This document shows positions 1 through 10,514 of a DNA stretch of 41,692 nucleotides, piece by piece. Origin of the DNA: Pseudomonadota bacterium (lineage in GTDB: Bacteria > Bdellovibrionota > FAC87 > UBA2466); NCBI GenBank assembly GCA_043740655.1, contig JAYUBV010000350.1:1-41692 (forward strand). Reading direction: 5' to 3'. The position numbers and the translations under genes were made by a program. The notes beneath the pieces are model-generated. The model made no database searches. It was given only the letters and a program-made list of their open reading frames with translations, and was not told the origin of the DNA. The stretch's first letter is position 1, and every line of letters begins with the position of its first letter.

Positions 1-1
1 G

Positions 2-902
<901 letters not shown>

Positions 903-1606
903 TCCGGCATCCGTAGAAACGCACCTCAAGATCAACGAGATCTTTTATTCCATCCAGGGCGAAAGTCTGTTCGCCGGCAAGCCTACGGTCTTCGTGCGCG
1001 TAGCGACCTGCAATCTCCGCTGTACCTACTGCGATACTCGCTACGCTTTTTGGGAAGGCAGAGTCCGCAGCGTCGAGGACGTTATGACGGAAGTGCGCCA
1101 GTTTCCCACCAAGTTTGCTTGTTTAACCGGAGGCGAACCGCTTGGACAAAAGGCGAGCTACGAGTTGATGCGACGGTTGGCTGGCGAGGGTTACACCGTG
1201 TCGCTAGAAACGGGCGGCGGATTTTCGGTAAAGGACGTGCCCGCCTCCATCATCAAGATTCTCGACGTGAAAACGCCGGAAAGCGGCGAGTGCGGGGCGA
1301 TGGTTTGGGAGAATCTCGATCTGATGACTTCGCAGGACCAGATCAAATTTGTGGTTTGTTCTAAGGCTGATTTTGACTGGGCGGCCAAGCTTTGCCAGGA
1401 CAACAATCTTTTCGATAAGTGCCCTATCCTGATCTCTCCCGTCGCCGATAAAGTGCCGTACGCCGAACTGGCCCAGTGGACGCTGGAAAGCGCCCTTCCC
1501 TTCACGATGCAGCTACAGCTTCACAAGGTAATCTGGGGCAACCAACGCGGCGTGTGAGCCACCTTTACGGCGCCGGGTTAAGCTGGGCGGCACTTAAGGG
1601 AGCCTT

Positions 1607-2086
1607 ATGAAACTTTCGCTCGTCACGGTTTTCGTCCTGCTCGCGGGCATCGCCGCGCTTGCCCAGACGAGTCGGCTCAGTTTTCCTGCGAATGGATTCT
1701 CGGTCGATGTTTTAGAAGAGGCCAATCCTTCGGCCGAACAGGCATCGGCGCCGCTAGTGATGACGTTACCTCCGTCGGGTGGTTTTGCTCCGAACGTGAA
1801 CGTGAGCATTCAGCCGTACACGGGAAATTTGGAGGACTACGTAACGCTGTCCGAGGGGCAGTTCAAGACGGGGAATTACAAGGTTCTCAATACCAAGAAG
1901 CTGGACTCCAAAATGTGGCAGTGGGAATACACGGGCATGGTGAAGAGTTTGGCTCTCCATTTTTATTCGAAAGTGATCGTTAACGGGAAAAAGGCTTTTC
2001 TGTCGACTGCAACCGCCACCGAAACGCAGTGGAAGGTCCACGCGGAACGGCTTAAAAACGTCGTGAACAGCTTTAAATTGGACTAA
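1607..2086 (+). CDS. Secreted or periplasmic hypothetical protein
   Basis: A GGGAG Shine-Dalgarno sits before ATG 1607. The N-terminal signal peptide is MKLSLVTVFVLLAGIAALAQ. I recognise no family. Confidence 0.6.
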   Translation: MKLSLVTVFVLLAGIAALAQTSRLSFPANGFSVDVLEEANPSAEQASAPLVMTLPPSGGFAPNVNVSIQPYTGNLEDYVTLSEGQFKTGNYKVLNTKKLDSKMWQWEYTGMVKSLALHFYSKVIVNGKKAFLSTATATETQWKVHAERLKNVVNSFKLD

Positions 2087-2090
2087 CGAT

Positions 2091-2825
2091 ATGTGTGCGC
2101 AATTCTCTCTCGAGCCTGGCCCCACGGACCTAATGAAACTGTTCAACGCGATCTTTCCGGAAGGGGCCGCCTTTCACGGTTCGGTAAGGATTTTACCCCA
2201 CCAGCCAGCGCCGATTCTGACGTCGGAGCAGAAGCGCCATGTCCTGCAGCTGATGAAGTTTTCGCTCGTGCCGTCTTGGTCTAAAGAGCCCAAGGTAAAG
2301 TTTGCTACGCACAACGCGCGGCTTTCCACCCATGACGAAAGGCTTCAGAAAGACGTGATGATCTTCGAGAAGCCCACCTGGCGCGGGGCCTTCCAGGCCC
2401 GTCCCTGCCTCGTGCCGATGAATGCCTTTTACGAAGCTGCCTACAGCGGCCCGCTGGCCGGGAACATGGTCCAGTTCAAGCCGAAGGATAAACCCATCTT
2501 GATGGCGGCCGGACTTTGGGAAAGCTGGACGGATAAAAACAGCGGCGAGGTCGTCCTTTCCTTCGCCATCATTACTGACAATCCGAGCGAAGAGATCGAA
2601 TACTATGGTCACGACCGATCCCCCGTTTTTGTCGACGAGAGGGCCTGGGAAGAGTGGCTTACACCGAAACCCAACGCGTCGGCTCGCGACAAGGTGAAAT
2701 TCCTGCTTGAAAACAAAGCTCAACTGAGCTTCGAAGCGACAAGCGATCGTCCGCTGAAAGCGGGCTGGGAAAAACGGAAGGCTAGTTCGGGCAAGGCGGG
2801 TGGCCGTCCGGCTCCGTATGGATGA
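2091..2825 (+). CDS. SOS-response-associated peptidase (SRAP/YedK/HMCES family; abasic-site DNA-protein crosslinking)
   Basis: It starts Met-Cys (MCAQFS), giving the catalytic Cys2. THNARLST, RPCLVPMNAFYE, WESW and FAIITDNP...HDRSPV blocks are typical of the SRAP (DUF159) domain. Confidence 0.8.
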   Translation: MCAQFSLEPGPTDLMKLFNAIFPEGAAFHGSVRILPHQPAPILTSEQKRHVLQLMKFSLVPSWSKEPKVKFATHNARLSTHDERLQKDVMIFEKPTWRGAFQARPCLVPMNAFYEAAYSGPLAGNMVQFKPKDKPILMAAGLWESWTDKNSGEVVLSFAIITDNPSEEIEYYGHDRSPVFVDERAWEEWLTPKPNASARDKVKFLLENKAQLSFEATSDRPLKAGWEKRKASSGKAGGRPAPYG

Positions 2826-3672
2826 CGACGTCGACGAGGCCGGGGATCGCCTCTTTCAACTTTGCCTCCACCCGGTGGGAGATCTCGTGGGCTCGGTACA
2901 ATGTAATTCCACCGGGCAAATGTAGGTTCAAGTCCAAGAAGTAGTGCCCCTTCTCGCCGCGGCTGCGAACGTGATGGCAATGTATTACGCCCTCGATCGA
3001 TTCAGCGATCGACTCCACGCTCTTGGGATCAATGACGCTGGCATCCACCAACGGCTTAGCATTCTCCACCAATAGTTTCAGAGACAGGTAGATCAGGTAC
3101 GCGGCAATGCCGAGCGAAACCCAAGCATCCACCTTCGGTAACTGAAAGTGTGCCGCGGCCACGGTTAGCAGCACTCCGAGCGAAGTGAACACGTCACTCA
3201 TGTTGTGGAGGGCGTCCGTTCGTAGAAATGAACTGTGCAACCGTCGCGCCATCTTTTGCTGCCACCGGGCAAGGGAGAAACTGAAGGTCAGCGCCAGGAT
3301 GACCAGAAATACGCCACGGAAATCAGAATGGGGAATCCCGCTAGTCCCCGACAATTGCGAGAACGCGCTTGACCCAACCTCGTAGGCGGCAAAGCAAAGC
3401 ACCAGGGACAAGATCAGGGAAGATAAAGTCTCAAACTTGTAATGGCCGTAAGGGTGCCCTTCATCCGGGGGATCCGAAGAGAGGTGAACCGAAATCATTC
3501 CCAGCACGGTCGACGCGGCGTCAAAGTAGGTATGTAAACCATCCGCAACGAAGGCCAAACTATGGGAACTTCGGCCGTAGTAAACCTTCAGTGACCCCAG
3601 GATTAGGTTCGCGAATAAGGAGACGCCGAGCACCTTCGAGATGGCGTGAGTTCTTTCTTTCGAGGGCTGCAT
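2782..3672 (-). CDS. Cation diffusion facilitator (CDF) family divalent-metal efflux transporter
   Basis: HSLAFVADGLHTYFDAAS (TM2 HxxxD), GHPYGHYKFETL and ALHNMSDVFTSL (TM5 HxxxD), followed by a C-terminal cytoplasmic domain. Its 3' end overlaps the convergent SRAP gene by 44 nt. Confidence 0.88.
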   Translation of the reverse strand: MQPSKERTHAISKVLGVSLFANLILGSLKVYYGRSSHSLAFVADGLHTYFDAASTVLGMISVHLSSDPPDEGHPYGHYKFETLSSLILSLVLCFAAYEVGSSAFSQLSGTSGIPHSDFRGVFLVILALTFSFSLARWQQKMARRLHSSFLRTDALHNMSDVFTSLGVLLTVAAAHFQLPKVDAWVSLGIAAYLIYLSLKLLVENAKPLVDASVIDPKSVESIAESIEGVIHCHHVRSRGEKGHYFLDLNLHLPGGITLYRAHEISHRVEAKLKEAIPGLVDVVIHTEPDGHPPCPN

Positions 3673-3772
3673 GAACCCCAGAAATATAGCCTGATTTCCG
3701 GGGTTTTAGGCGGGTTTCTACCGCCGAGTGCGGTTGCCGGAATGCGTTTTTTCCATTACTTCATGGGTACTT

Positions 3773-4672
3773 ATGCCCACTCCGACCCCCATCATTCGCA
3801 AACCGGACTGGCTGAAGATTCGGCCGCCCGGTGGTGAAAAGTATTTGGAAATCAAGGGGTTGCTGCGTGGGCTCAAACTTCACACGGTTTGTGAGGAGGC
3901 GGCCTGCCCGAATGTGGCGGAATGCTGGGGCGGTGGAACCGCTACATTAATGCTGATGGGTGATACCTGCACACGGGGATGCAAGTTTTGCCACGTGAAG
4001 ACGGGCAACCCCAAGGGCCTTTTGGATCCGCACGAACCCGAGAATGTGGCGCTGGCGTTATCGAAACTTTCGCTGACCTACGTGGTATTGACCTCGGTCG
4101 ATCGGGATGATCTTCCGGACGGCGGTGCGGAACATTTTGGAAGAACGGTCGAAGCGATCAAGCGGCTTTCCCCGAACATGCTGGTCGAAGTTTTGATTCC
4201 GGATTTTCAAGGGGACAAACTTGCTATCAGGCGCATCGTGGACAGTGGTGCCGACGTCATTGCCCACAACGTGGAGACCATCGAACGACTTTCTAAGAAA
4301 GTGCGTGACGGTCGTTGTGATTACGAACAGTCGCTCGAAGTGTTGCGCGAGGTAAAACGTCTGAAGCCCAAGGCCGTTACCAAGTCATCGATCATGTTGG
4401 GCTTAGGCGAGAGCAAAGAAGAAGTGATGAAGGCGATGGACGATCTGCGCGCGTCGGGTTGCGACATTCTCACGCTGGGCCAGTACCTGCGTCCGTCGAC
4501 TTGGCACTTGCCGGTGGATGAGTACGTCACGCCCGCGATATTCAAAGAGCTTGAAGAGATCGGTCTGCAAAAAGGATTTTGGTTTGTACCGTCGGGGCCG
4601 CTCGTACGCAGCTCTTACCGCGCCGGCGAAAAGTTTTTGGAAAGCAAACTGAGGGAGAACTCACTTGCGTAA
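3773..4672 (+). CDS. lipA: Lipoyl synthase (radical SAM)
   Basis: RKPDWLKIRPP, CEEAACPNVAECW and CTRGCKFCHV cysteine clusters, and SSYRAGE at the C-terminus. I prefer ATG 3773 (MPTPTPIIRKPDWLK). The track ORF begins at an upstream GTG at 3728. Confidence 0.93.
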   Translation: MPTPTPIIRKPDWLKIRPPGGEKYLEIKGLLRGLKLHTVCEEAACPNVAECWGGGTATLMLMGDTCTRGCKFCHVKTGNPKGLLDPHEPENVALALSKLSLTYVVLTSVDRDDLPDGGAEHFGRTVEAIKRLSPNMLVEVLIPDFQGDKLAIRRIVDSGADVIAHNVETIERLSKKVRDGRCDYEQSLEVLREVKRLKPKAVTKSSIMLGLGESKEEVMKAMDDLRASGCDILTLGQYLRPSTWHLPVDEYVTPAIFKELEEIGLQKGFWFVPSGPLVRSSYRAGEKFLESKLRENSLA

Positions 4673-5924
4673 ACTTGATCCCATGAAGAAAAGACTCGGT
4701 CTGAAGAGGAAGGCAAAAATGGCGTTACAGTCTAAGGGTAACGGCGCCAAAGCCAAAACCGAGGGCAAAGCACTAAGTAGCGCCAAAGGGTTGCCGGTTT
4801 CGGGCGCCTACCGCACCGATCTTGAATTTGTACTCGACGAGAAAAACCGGCCCGATACCAAAAAGGAGCCGAAGCTCTCGAGCGACGCCCTTCTCGCCAT
4901 TTACCGAAATATGGTGCTGACGCGTCTTTACGACGAGCGCGGTATGTTGTTGCAGCGCCAGGGGCGCATTGGTTTTTACGTGCCGTCGTTCGGGCAAGAG
5001 GCCATTCAAACGGGAACCGCGGCCGCGCTGGGCAAGTCTGACTGGATCTTTCCGAGCTACCGCGAACCGGGTGTTTTCCTTTATCGCGGCGCCGATGTTT
5101 TTGAAATGCTGTGCAACCTTTTTGGCAACAGCGGCGACGTTTGTAAGGGGCGCCAGATGCCGGTGCATTACAGCTTCAAAGAGCTGCGCTTGTTCTCCGT
5201 CTCAAGCCCGATCTCGACCCAAGTGATTCAGGCAACCGGTGCTTCGCTGGCCTCCATGCTAAAGGGCGAGAAGGATGTTGCGATTACCTACTTCGGTGAC
5301 GGTGGTACGTCCGAAAATGATTTTCATACCGGACTTACATTCGCGGGCGTCTATAAAACGCCCACGATCTTTATCTGCACGAATAACCAAACGGCGATTT
5401 CGGTGCCCACGAATAGGCAGTGTGGAGCCAAGCGACTCGTAGACAAAGCGATTGGCTACGGCATGCCGGGCATTGCTGTCGACGGAAACGACGTGCTGGC
5501 GGTGTACAAGGCGACCAAGGAAGCGGTTGACCGCGCCCGGAACGGCGAAGGCCCCACGCTGATTGAATGCGTGACTTACCGTATCGGACCCCACTCCTCC
5601 TCGGACGATCCGACGCGCTACCGCGACGAAGCCACTTACCAGTTCTGGAAGCAACGCGACCCCATCGATCGTTTTCGTCAGTATCTGATGAGCAAAAAGG
5701 TTTTATCGGAGAAGCAGGACCAGGCGCTTATCGTGGACCTGAAGGCTAAACTCGCCGATGCGGTCGAACGCGCGGAGGCCCAGCCTCCTCCGGGCATCGA
5801 AGACCTTTTTAACGACGTGTTCGCGGAACTGACCCCGCAGTTGGTGCGGCAGCGCGCGGCGATGCTCGAAGAGCAACGCCTGCGCGGCAAATTTGAAAAC
5901 ACTAGCGTGGCGTTCCCCCTTTAA
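4665..5924 (+). CDS. 2-oxoacid (pyruvate or branched-chain) dehydrogenase E1 component, alpha subunit (TPP-dependent)
   Basis: The TPP motif is YFGDGGTSENDFHTGLTFAGVYKTPTIFICTNNQTAIS. YRIGPHSSSDDPTRYR is also present. TTG 4665 lies 7 nt after GAGGGAG. Alternative ATG starts are at 4683 and 4719. Confidence 0.9.
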   Translation: MRKLDPMKKRLGLKRKAKMALQSKGNGAKAKTEGKALSSAKGLPVSGAYRTDLEFVLDEKNRPDTKKEPKLSSDALLAIYRNMVLTRLYDERGMLLQRQGRIGFYVPSFGQEAIQTGTAAALGKSDWIFPSYREPGVFLYRGADVFEMLCNLFGNSGDVCKGRQMPVHYSFKELRLFSVSSPISTQVIQATGASLASMLKGEKDVAITYFGDGGTSENDFHTGLTFAGVYKTPTIFICTNNQTAISVPTNRQCGAKRLVDKAIGYGMPGIAVDGNDVLAVYKATKEAVDRARNGEGPTLIECVTYRIGPHSSSDDPTRYRDEATYQFWKQRDPIDRFRQYLMSKKVLSEKQDQALIVDLKAKLADAVERAEAQPPPGIEDLFNDVFAELTPQLVRQRAAMLEEQRLRGKFENTSVAFPL

Positions 5925-5938
5925 GAGGACTGGTTTAC

Positions 5939-6913
5939 ATGCCAAACATGACTTTAATACAAGCGGTTCGCGATGCGCTTCTGACCGAGATGGCGCTGGA
6001 CGACCGAATCGTTATCATGGGCGAGGACGTCGGCCATAACGGCGGTGTGTTTCGCGCGACCGAAGGGCTGCAGAAGGAGTTCGGCGAAGCCCGCGTGATG
6101 GATACGCCTCTGGCGGAAAGCGGCATCATTGGTCTCGCGGTCGGCATGGCGATCAACGGCCTGCGACCGGTTCCCGAAATTCAGTTCATGGATTTTATCT
6201 TCCCCGCTTTCGATCAGATCGTGAGCGAGGTGGCGAAGATCCGTTACCGCTCCGGCGGTGGTTTCACCTGCCCCATGGTCATTCGCACCCCCTACGGCGG
6301 CGGCATCAAGGGCGGCCACTACCACTCGCAGAGCGCGGAAACCTATTTCACAAACACCCCGGGTCTGAAGGTGGTCGTGCCGTCGAATCCCTACGACACC
6401 AAGGGGTTGCTCATTGCGGCCATGCGCGACGAGGATCCGGTTTTGTTCATGGAACCTAAGCGTCTGTATCGGTCGTTAAAGGGTGAAGTGCCCGATGGCC
6501 CGTACACGGTGGAGATCGGCAAGGCGAACGTCGTGCGCCAAGGCTCGGACATCACCATCATCGCCTGGGGTGCCATGGTGCAGGTGGCGCTGAAGGCCGC
6601 CGAGCTCTGCGAACCGCGCGGGGCGAGCTGTGAAGTCGTCGATTTACGTACTCTGGTGCCGCTCGACGAGGAAACGATTTTGGAATCTGTAAAGAAAACG
6701 GGCCGCGTCGTTATCGTGCAGGAAGCCCCTAAGACGTGCGGATTTGCTTCGGAAGTCGCGGCGCTTATCGCCGAAGAGGCGATTCTTTACCTCGAAGCTC
6801 CCGTTACGCGCGTAACCGGTTTCGACACGCCATTCCCGTACACTTTGGAACACGTTTATCTGCCGGACCCCGAGCGAGTCGCTCTGGCGGTCGGCAAGGT
6901 GAAGAACTTTTAG
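5939..6913 (+). CDS. 2-oxoacid dehydrogenase E1 component, beta subunit
   Basis: GEDVGHNGGVFRATEGLQKEFGEARVMDTPLAESGIIG and PYGGGIKGGHYHSQS, followed by a transketolase C-terminal-like domain. AAGAGGA sits upstream of the ATG. Confidence 0.93.
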   Translation: MPNMTLIQAVRDALLTEMALDDRIVIMGEDVGHNGGVFRATEGLQKEFGEARVMDTPLAESGIIGLAVGMAINGLRPVPEIQFMDFIFPAFDQIVSEVAKIRYRSGGGFTCPMVIRTPYGGGIKGGHYHSQSAETYFTNTPGLKVVVPSNPYDTKGLLIAAMRDEDPVLFMEPKRLYRSLKGEVPDGPYTVEIGKANVVRQGSDITIIAWGAMVQVALKAAELCEPRGASCEVVDLRTLVPLDEETILESVKKTGRVVIVQEAPKTCGFASEVAALIAEEAILYLEAPVTRVTGFDTPFPYTLEHVYLPDPERVALAVGKVKNF

Positions 6914-6970
6914 GGGTCGGCCCGTCTTTGCGAGGAGCAAAGCGACGTGGCAATCCCGGTGAGGATAAAT

Positions 6971-8338
6971 ATGGAATTCAAACTACCCGATATCGGCGAA
7001 GGCATTCACGAAGGTGAGATCGTAAAGTGGATGGTGAAGGAAGGCGACGCAATCGCCGCTGACCAACCGATGTGCGAGGTGATGACCGATAAGGCCACCG
7101 TCGAAATCCCTTCCCCCATTGCGGGAACGATTGCGAAGATTCACGCCGCCGAAGGCGTGACCATCGAAGTCGGCAAGGTCATCGTCAGCATCGCCGAAAA
7201 AGGCAAAGCTGCCGCCGCGCCCGCTCCGGCCGCCAAGGCAGAAGCCCCGAAGAAGGCAGCACCACGCGAAGAGCGGGAAGCGGCGAGCGAAGAGACGGCG
7301 CAGGAAGGTGAAGGGGCTTCTCAGTCTAAAGGCAGTATGCCCCGTACGGACCGCCCGGCGCCGCAGCGTGATGCCACGCCGAAAGCGGACGCGGAACCGT
7401 TGCCATTTGAAATTTTAGCCACGCCGGCCACCCGCAAGTTGGCGCGCGATCTCAATATAGACCTGCGCCAGCTAAAGGGCACTGGCACCCAGGGCCGTAT
7501 CACCAAGACCGACGTGCAGCTCGCTGCCGAAGGACAGGAAGCGGCCACCGAACGTCCATCGCATTCCGCGGCGGCTTCGATGAGCCTGGCGCGGACCGGT
7601 TCTCAGGTAGCGACGCGTCCGACGTCGTTCACCGGTGGGGAAGCCGAGACCCGTATCCCGTTGCGTGGTATTCGCAAGAAAATCGCCGAGGCGATGACCC
7701 GCTCCAAGCACACGGCGGCACACTTCACTTACGTGGAAGAGGTAGACATGACGGAAGTCGTGCGGCTACGCAAAGAGGCCAAGGGAGAAGGCGAAAAGAT
7801 GGGCGTGAAGCTTACCTTCTTGCCCTTTATCATCAAGGCGGTTGTACCCGCGTTGAAAGAATTTCCGATGCTGAATTCGTCGCTCGATGACGACAAGCAA
7901 GAGATCGTGGTGAAAAACTATTTCAACTTCGGCATCGCGACCGACACCCCGAACGGCCTCATGGTTCCCGTGATCAAGAATGCCGACCGTAGGACGGTGT
8001 GGGAACTCGCGGACGAAATTACCTCATTGTCAGACCGTGCGCGCAACGGCAAGAGCCAAGTGGAAGACCTTAAGGGCGGAACGTTTACGTTCACTAACGC
8101 GGGCTCCATCGGTGGCGTATTCGCTACGCCGGTTATCAACCATCCGGAAGTCGCCATTATGGGGGTTAACTCCATCCGGAAGCGACCGATGGTTATCGAC
8201 GATAAAATTGAGATTCGTGAGATGATGTATCTTTCGTTGTCGGTTGACCACCGCGTGGTGGACGGCGCTGACGCGGCCCGTTTCATGAACCGCGTGGTGT
8301 TCTACCTCTCTAACCCAATGAGATTGGTGTTCGCCTAA
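6971..8338 (+). CDS. Dihydrolipoamide acyltransferase, E2 component (single lipoyl domain)
   Basis: The lipoyl domain is FKLPDIGEGIHEGEIVKW...CEVMTDKATVEIPSP. An Ala/Pro/Glu linker follows. The E3-binding domain is ATPATRKLARDLNIDLRQLKGTGTQGRITKTDV and the catalytic motif is DHRVVDGA. GAGGA lies 5 nt before ATG 6971. The track ORF starts at GTG 6947. Confidence 0.92.
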   Translation: MEFKLPDIGEGIHEGEIVKWMVKEGDAIAADQPMCEVMTDKATVEIPSPIAGTIAKIHAAEGVTIEVGKVIVSIAEKGKAAAAPAPAAKAEAPKKAAPREEREAASEETAQEGEGASQSKGSMPRTDRPAPQRDATPKADAEPLPFEILATPATRKLARDLNIDLRQLKGTGTQGRITKTDVQLAAEGQEAATERPSHSAAASMSLARTGSQVATRPTSFTGGEAETRIPLRGIRKKIAEAMTRSKHTAAHFTYVEEVDMTEVVRLRKEAKGEGEKMGVKLTFLPFIIKAVVPALKEFPMLNSSLDDDKQEIVVKNYFNFGIATDTPNGLMVPVIKNADRRTVWELADEITSLSDRARNGKSQVEDLKGGTFTFTNAGSIGGVFATPVINHPEVAIMGVNSIRKRPMVIDDKIEIREMMYLSLSVDHRVVDGADAARFMNRVVFYLSNPMRLVFA

Positions 8339-8346
8339 GGAGTTTT

Positions 8347-9825
8347 ATGTCTAAGAAGTTCGATGCCGTAGTCATTGGCGCGGGTCCCGGAGGATACGTG
8401 TGCGCGATCCGTTTGGCCCAGCTTGGAAAAAAAACCGCCATCATCGAAAAGGAACGCGTCGGCGGAGTTTGCTTGAACATCGGGTGCGTTCCCTCGAAGG
8501 CGCTTATCTACGCTTCCAACCAGTATTGGAAGATTAAGAACGAATACTCCGAAATCGGAATCGAAGTGCCCAAGGTCACGCACGACATGGGCAAGATGAT
8601 GGAATGGAAGGGCGAGGTCGTTAAGAAGCTCACCGGTGGTGTTGCGCAGCTCCTCAAGATGAATGGCGTCGAGCTGATCAAAGGAACTGCCTCGCTCGAA
8701 ACCGCGCATCGAATCAAGGTAACGACTAAAGAAGGCATGGAAGTAATCGAAGGCACCAGCGTGGTGATCGCCACGGGGTCGGTTTCGATCGACATTCCGA
8801 TCCTGCCCCAGAACGGCAAAAATATTTTGAGCTCCACCGAAGCGTTGGACCTGAAGACGGTGCCGAAGAGGATGATTGTAGTTGGCGGCGGATTCATCGG
8901 CGTTGAGATCGGCACGGTGTACGCCAAACTCGGCACGCAGGTCACCATCGTAGAAGCGATGGACCGTTTGCTGATGACGGTGGACCCTGAGCTAGTGGCT
9001 CCCGTCGAGAAAAAGCTTAAAAAACTCGGCGTGCGCGTGCTCACTAAGACGAAAGCCGTGGGCCTTAAGGAAAAAGACGCCGCGAAGGCGAAGGACCTGC
9101 ACCTCGAAGTCGAATTGCCGGACGGCAAAAAAGAGTCGTTGAATGCCAACGTGATTCTCGTTTCCGTTGGCAGACGGCCAAATGTGGCGGGGCTCAACCT
9201 CGATAAGCTCGGCGTTAAAATGGATCAGCGCGGAAATGTACTTACCGACGATACCGGCCTGACTTCGGTCCCCGGCCTTTACGCGATCGGCGACGTGAAC
9301 GGCGCGCCCCAGTTGGCGCACCGGGCGTCGATGGATGGACTGCTCGTCGCGGCCACCATCGCGGGTGACATTTCTCACCGTGATTATAAATCGGTACCGT
9401 GGGCGGTGTTCTCGGATCCCGAGATTGCGGTGTGCGGTCTGACCGAGGCGGAAGCGAAAGCTAAAGGCTTTAGTGCCGCGGTGGGCAAGTTCCCATTCGC
9501 GGCCAATGCACGCGCATTGGGCACGAATGAGACCGACGGATTCGTAAAAACGGTGGTCGATGAGAAAACCGGCCAGATCCTAGGCGTTCACATCGTGGGC
9601 CCCGAGGCGTCGAATTTGATCGCGGAAGCCAATCTCGCCATCGAGATGGGCGCCACCGCGGCGGACATCGAGCGGGTCATTCATGCTCACCCCACGTTGT
9701 CCGAAGCGTTTCCGGAATCCGTCGAAGCGGCCTTCGGCCATGCGATTCATATTTATAGGCCGAAGGGCAAAGGCTCCGCCGCGGCGGTCCGTGATGGAGC
9801 GACTAGGACGCAGACCAACGCATGA
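8347..9825 (+). CDS. lpdA: Dihydrolipoyl dehydrogenase, E3 component
   Basis: GAGPGGYVCAIRLAQLG (FAD), GGVCLNIGCVPSK (redox disulfide), and HAHPTLSE near the C-terminus. There is a tail of about 24 aa after the conserved end. Confidence 0.95.
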   Translation: MSKKFDAVVIGAGPGGYVCAIRLAQLGKKTAIIEKERVGGVCLNIGCVPSKALIYASNQYWKIKNEYSEIGIEVPKVTHDMGKMMEWKGEVVKKLTGGVAQLLKMNGVELIKGTASLETAHRIKVTTKEGMEVIEGTSVVIATGSVSIDIPILPQNGKNILSSTEALDLKTVPKRMIVVGGGFIGVEIGTVYAKLGTQVTIVEAMDRLLMTVDPELVAPVEKKLKKLGVRVLTKTKAVGLKEKDAAKAKDLHLEVELPDGKKESLNANVILVSVGRRPNVAGLNLDKLGVKMDQRGNVLTDDTGLTSVPGLYAIGDVNGAPQLAHRASMDGLLVAATIAGDISHRDYKSVPWAVFSDPEIAVCGLTEAEAKAKGFSAAVGKFPFAANARALGTNETDGFVKTVVDEKTGQILGVHIVGPEASNLIAEANLAIEMGATAADIERVIHAHPTLSEAFPESVEAAFGHAIHIYRPKGKGSAAAVRDGATRTQTNA

Positions 9826-10505
9826 TCGAAGCTGATGCCATCGCCTCGCCCGTTTTAGGCATGCCGCCAGTGCGGCCGCTTGAATTAGTGGATTTGGGCC
9901 AACGTGAATACCTCGAGGTCTACGAAATGCAAAAGAGTTTCGTGGAGGAGAGGAAGGCGACCGCGGTGTCGCTCGATCGTTTGATTTTGGTCGAGCATCC
10001 GGCGGTCTTTACGTACGGTCGCAAGTGCGGCCCCATCCCCGTTATTGCCGACGGCAATCAACGGGTCGCGATCGAACGCGGTGGCGAGGTCACGTACCAC
10101 AACCCCGGTCAGTTGGTGGCCTATCCGATTCTGTCGCTCCAAGGGGCTGAGCAGAGCGTGCCGTATTACCTGCGCGGGTTGGAAGAGGTGCTCATCCAAA
10201 CCCTGAGCGATTTCAACATCGCGGCCGAGCGGAAGGCCGGTAATACCGGCGTGTGGGTCGGTGGGCAGACCCGAAAGATCGCCAGCCTGGGCGTGGCTAT
10301 CACCCGTTGGGTGACCTACCACGGCTCGGCGCTCAACGTGGATAATGACTTGTCCGGCTTTTTCGAGATAAACCCCTGCGGGTTGCCAAGCCACGTGATG
10401 ACTTCGATGAAGAAGGAGCTGGGGACCGGGTGTCCACGGATTGCCCAAGTTAAAGAGAGATACGTAACCCGATTTTGTCAGGTCTTCGGCCGGAGAATCG
10501 GATAG
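9822..10505 (+). CDS. lipB: Lipoyl(octanoyl) transferase
   Basis: The start forms an ATGA overlap with the lpdA stop. ERGGEVTYHNPGQLVAYPIL, KIASLGVAI and NPCG motifs are present. Confidence 0.92.
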   Translation: MIEADAIASPVLGMPPVRPLELVDLGQREYLEVYEMQKSFVEERKATAVSLDRLILVEHPAVFTYGRKCGPIPVIADGNQRVAIERGGEVTYHNPGQLVAYPILSLQGAEQSVPYYLRGLEEVLIQTLSDFNIAAERKAGNTGVWVGGQTRKIASLGVAITRWVTYHGSALNVDNDLSGFFEINPCGLPSHVMTSMKKELGTGCPRIAQVKERYVTRFCQVFGRRIG

Positions 10506-10514
10506 GATTTAAGT

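Noticed and set aside
8508-9197. A long antisense ORF (229 aa) opposite lpdA. Similar ORFs occur at 2193-2723, 9885-10448, 17185-17844, 20889-21401, 27555-28046, 28071-28601, 37522-38166 and 38623-39105.
   Set aside because: Each lies entirely inside, and opposite to, a gene with unmistakable conserved motifs. Their translations are Arg/Ser/Pro/Gly-rich with no recognisable domains. They are the shadow ORFs expected in moderately GC-rich DNA.
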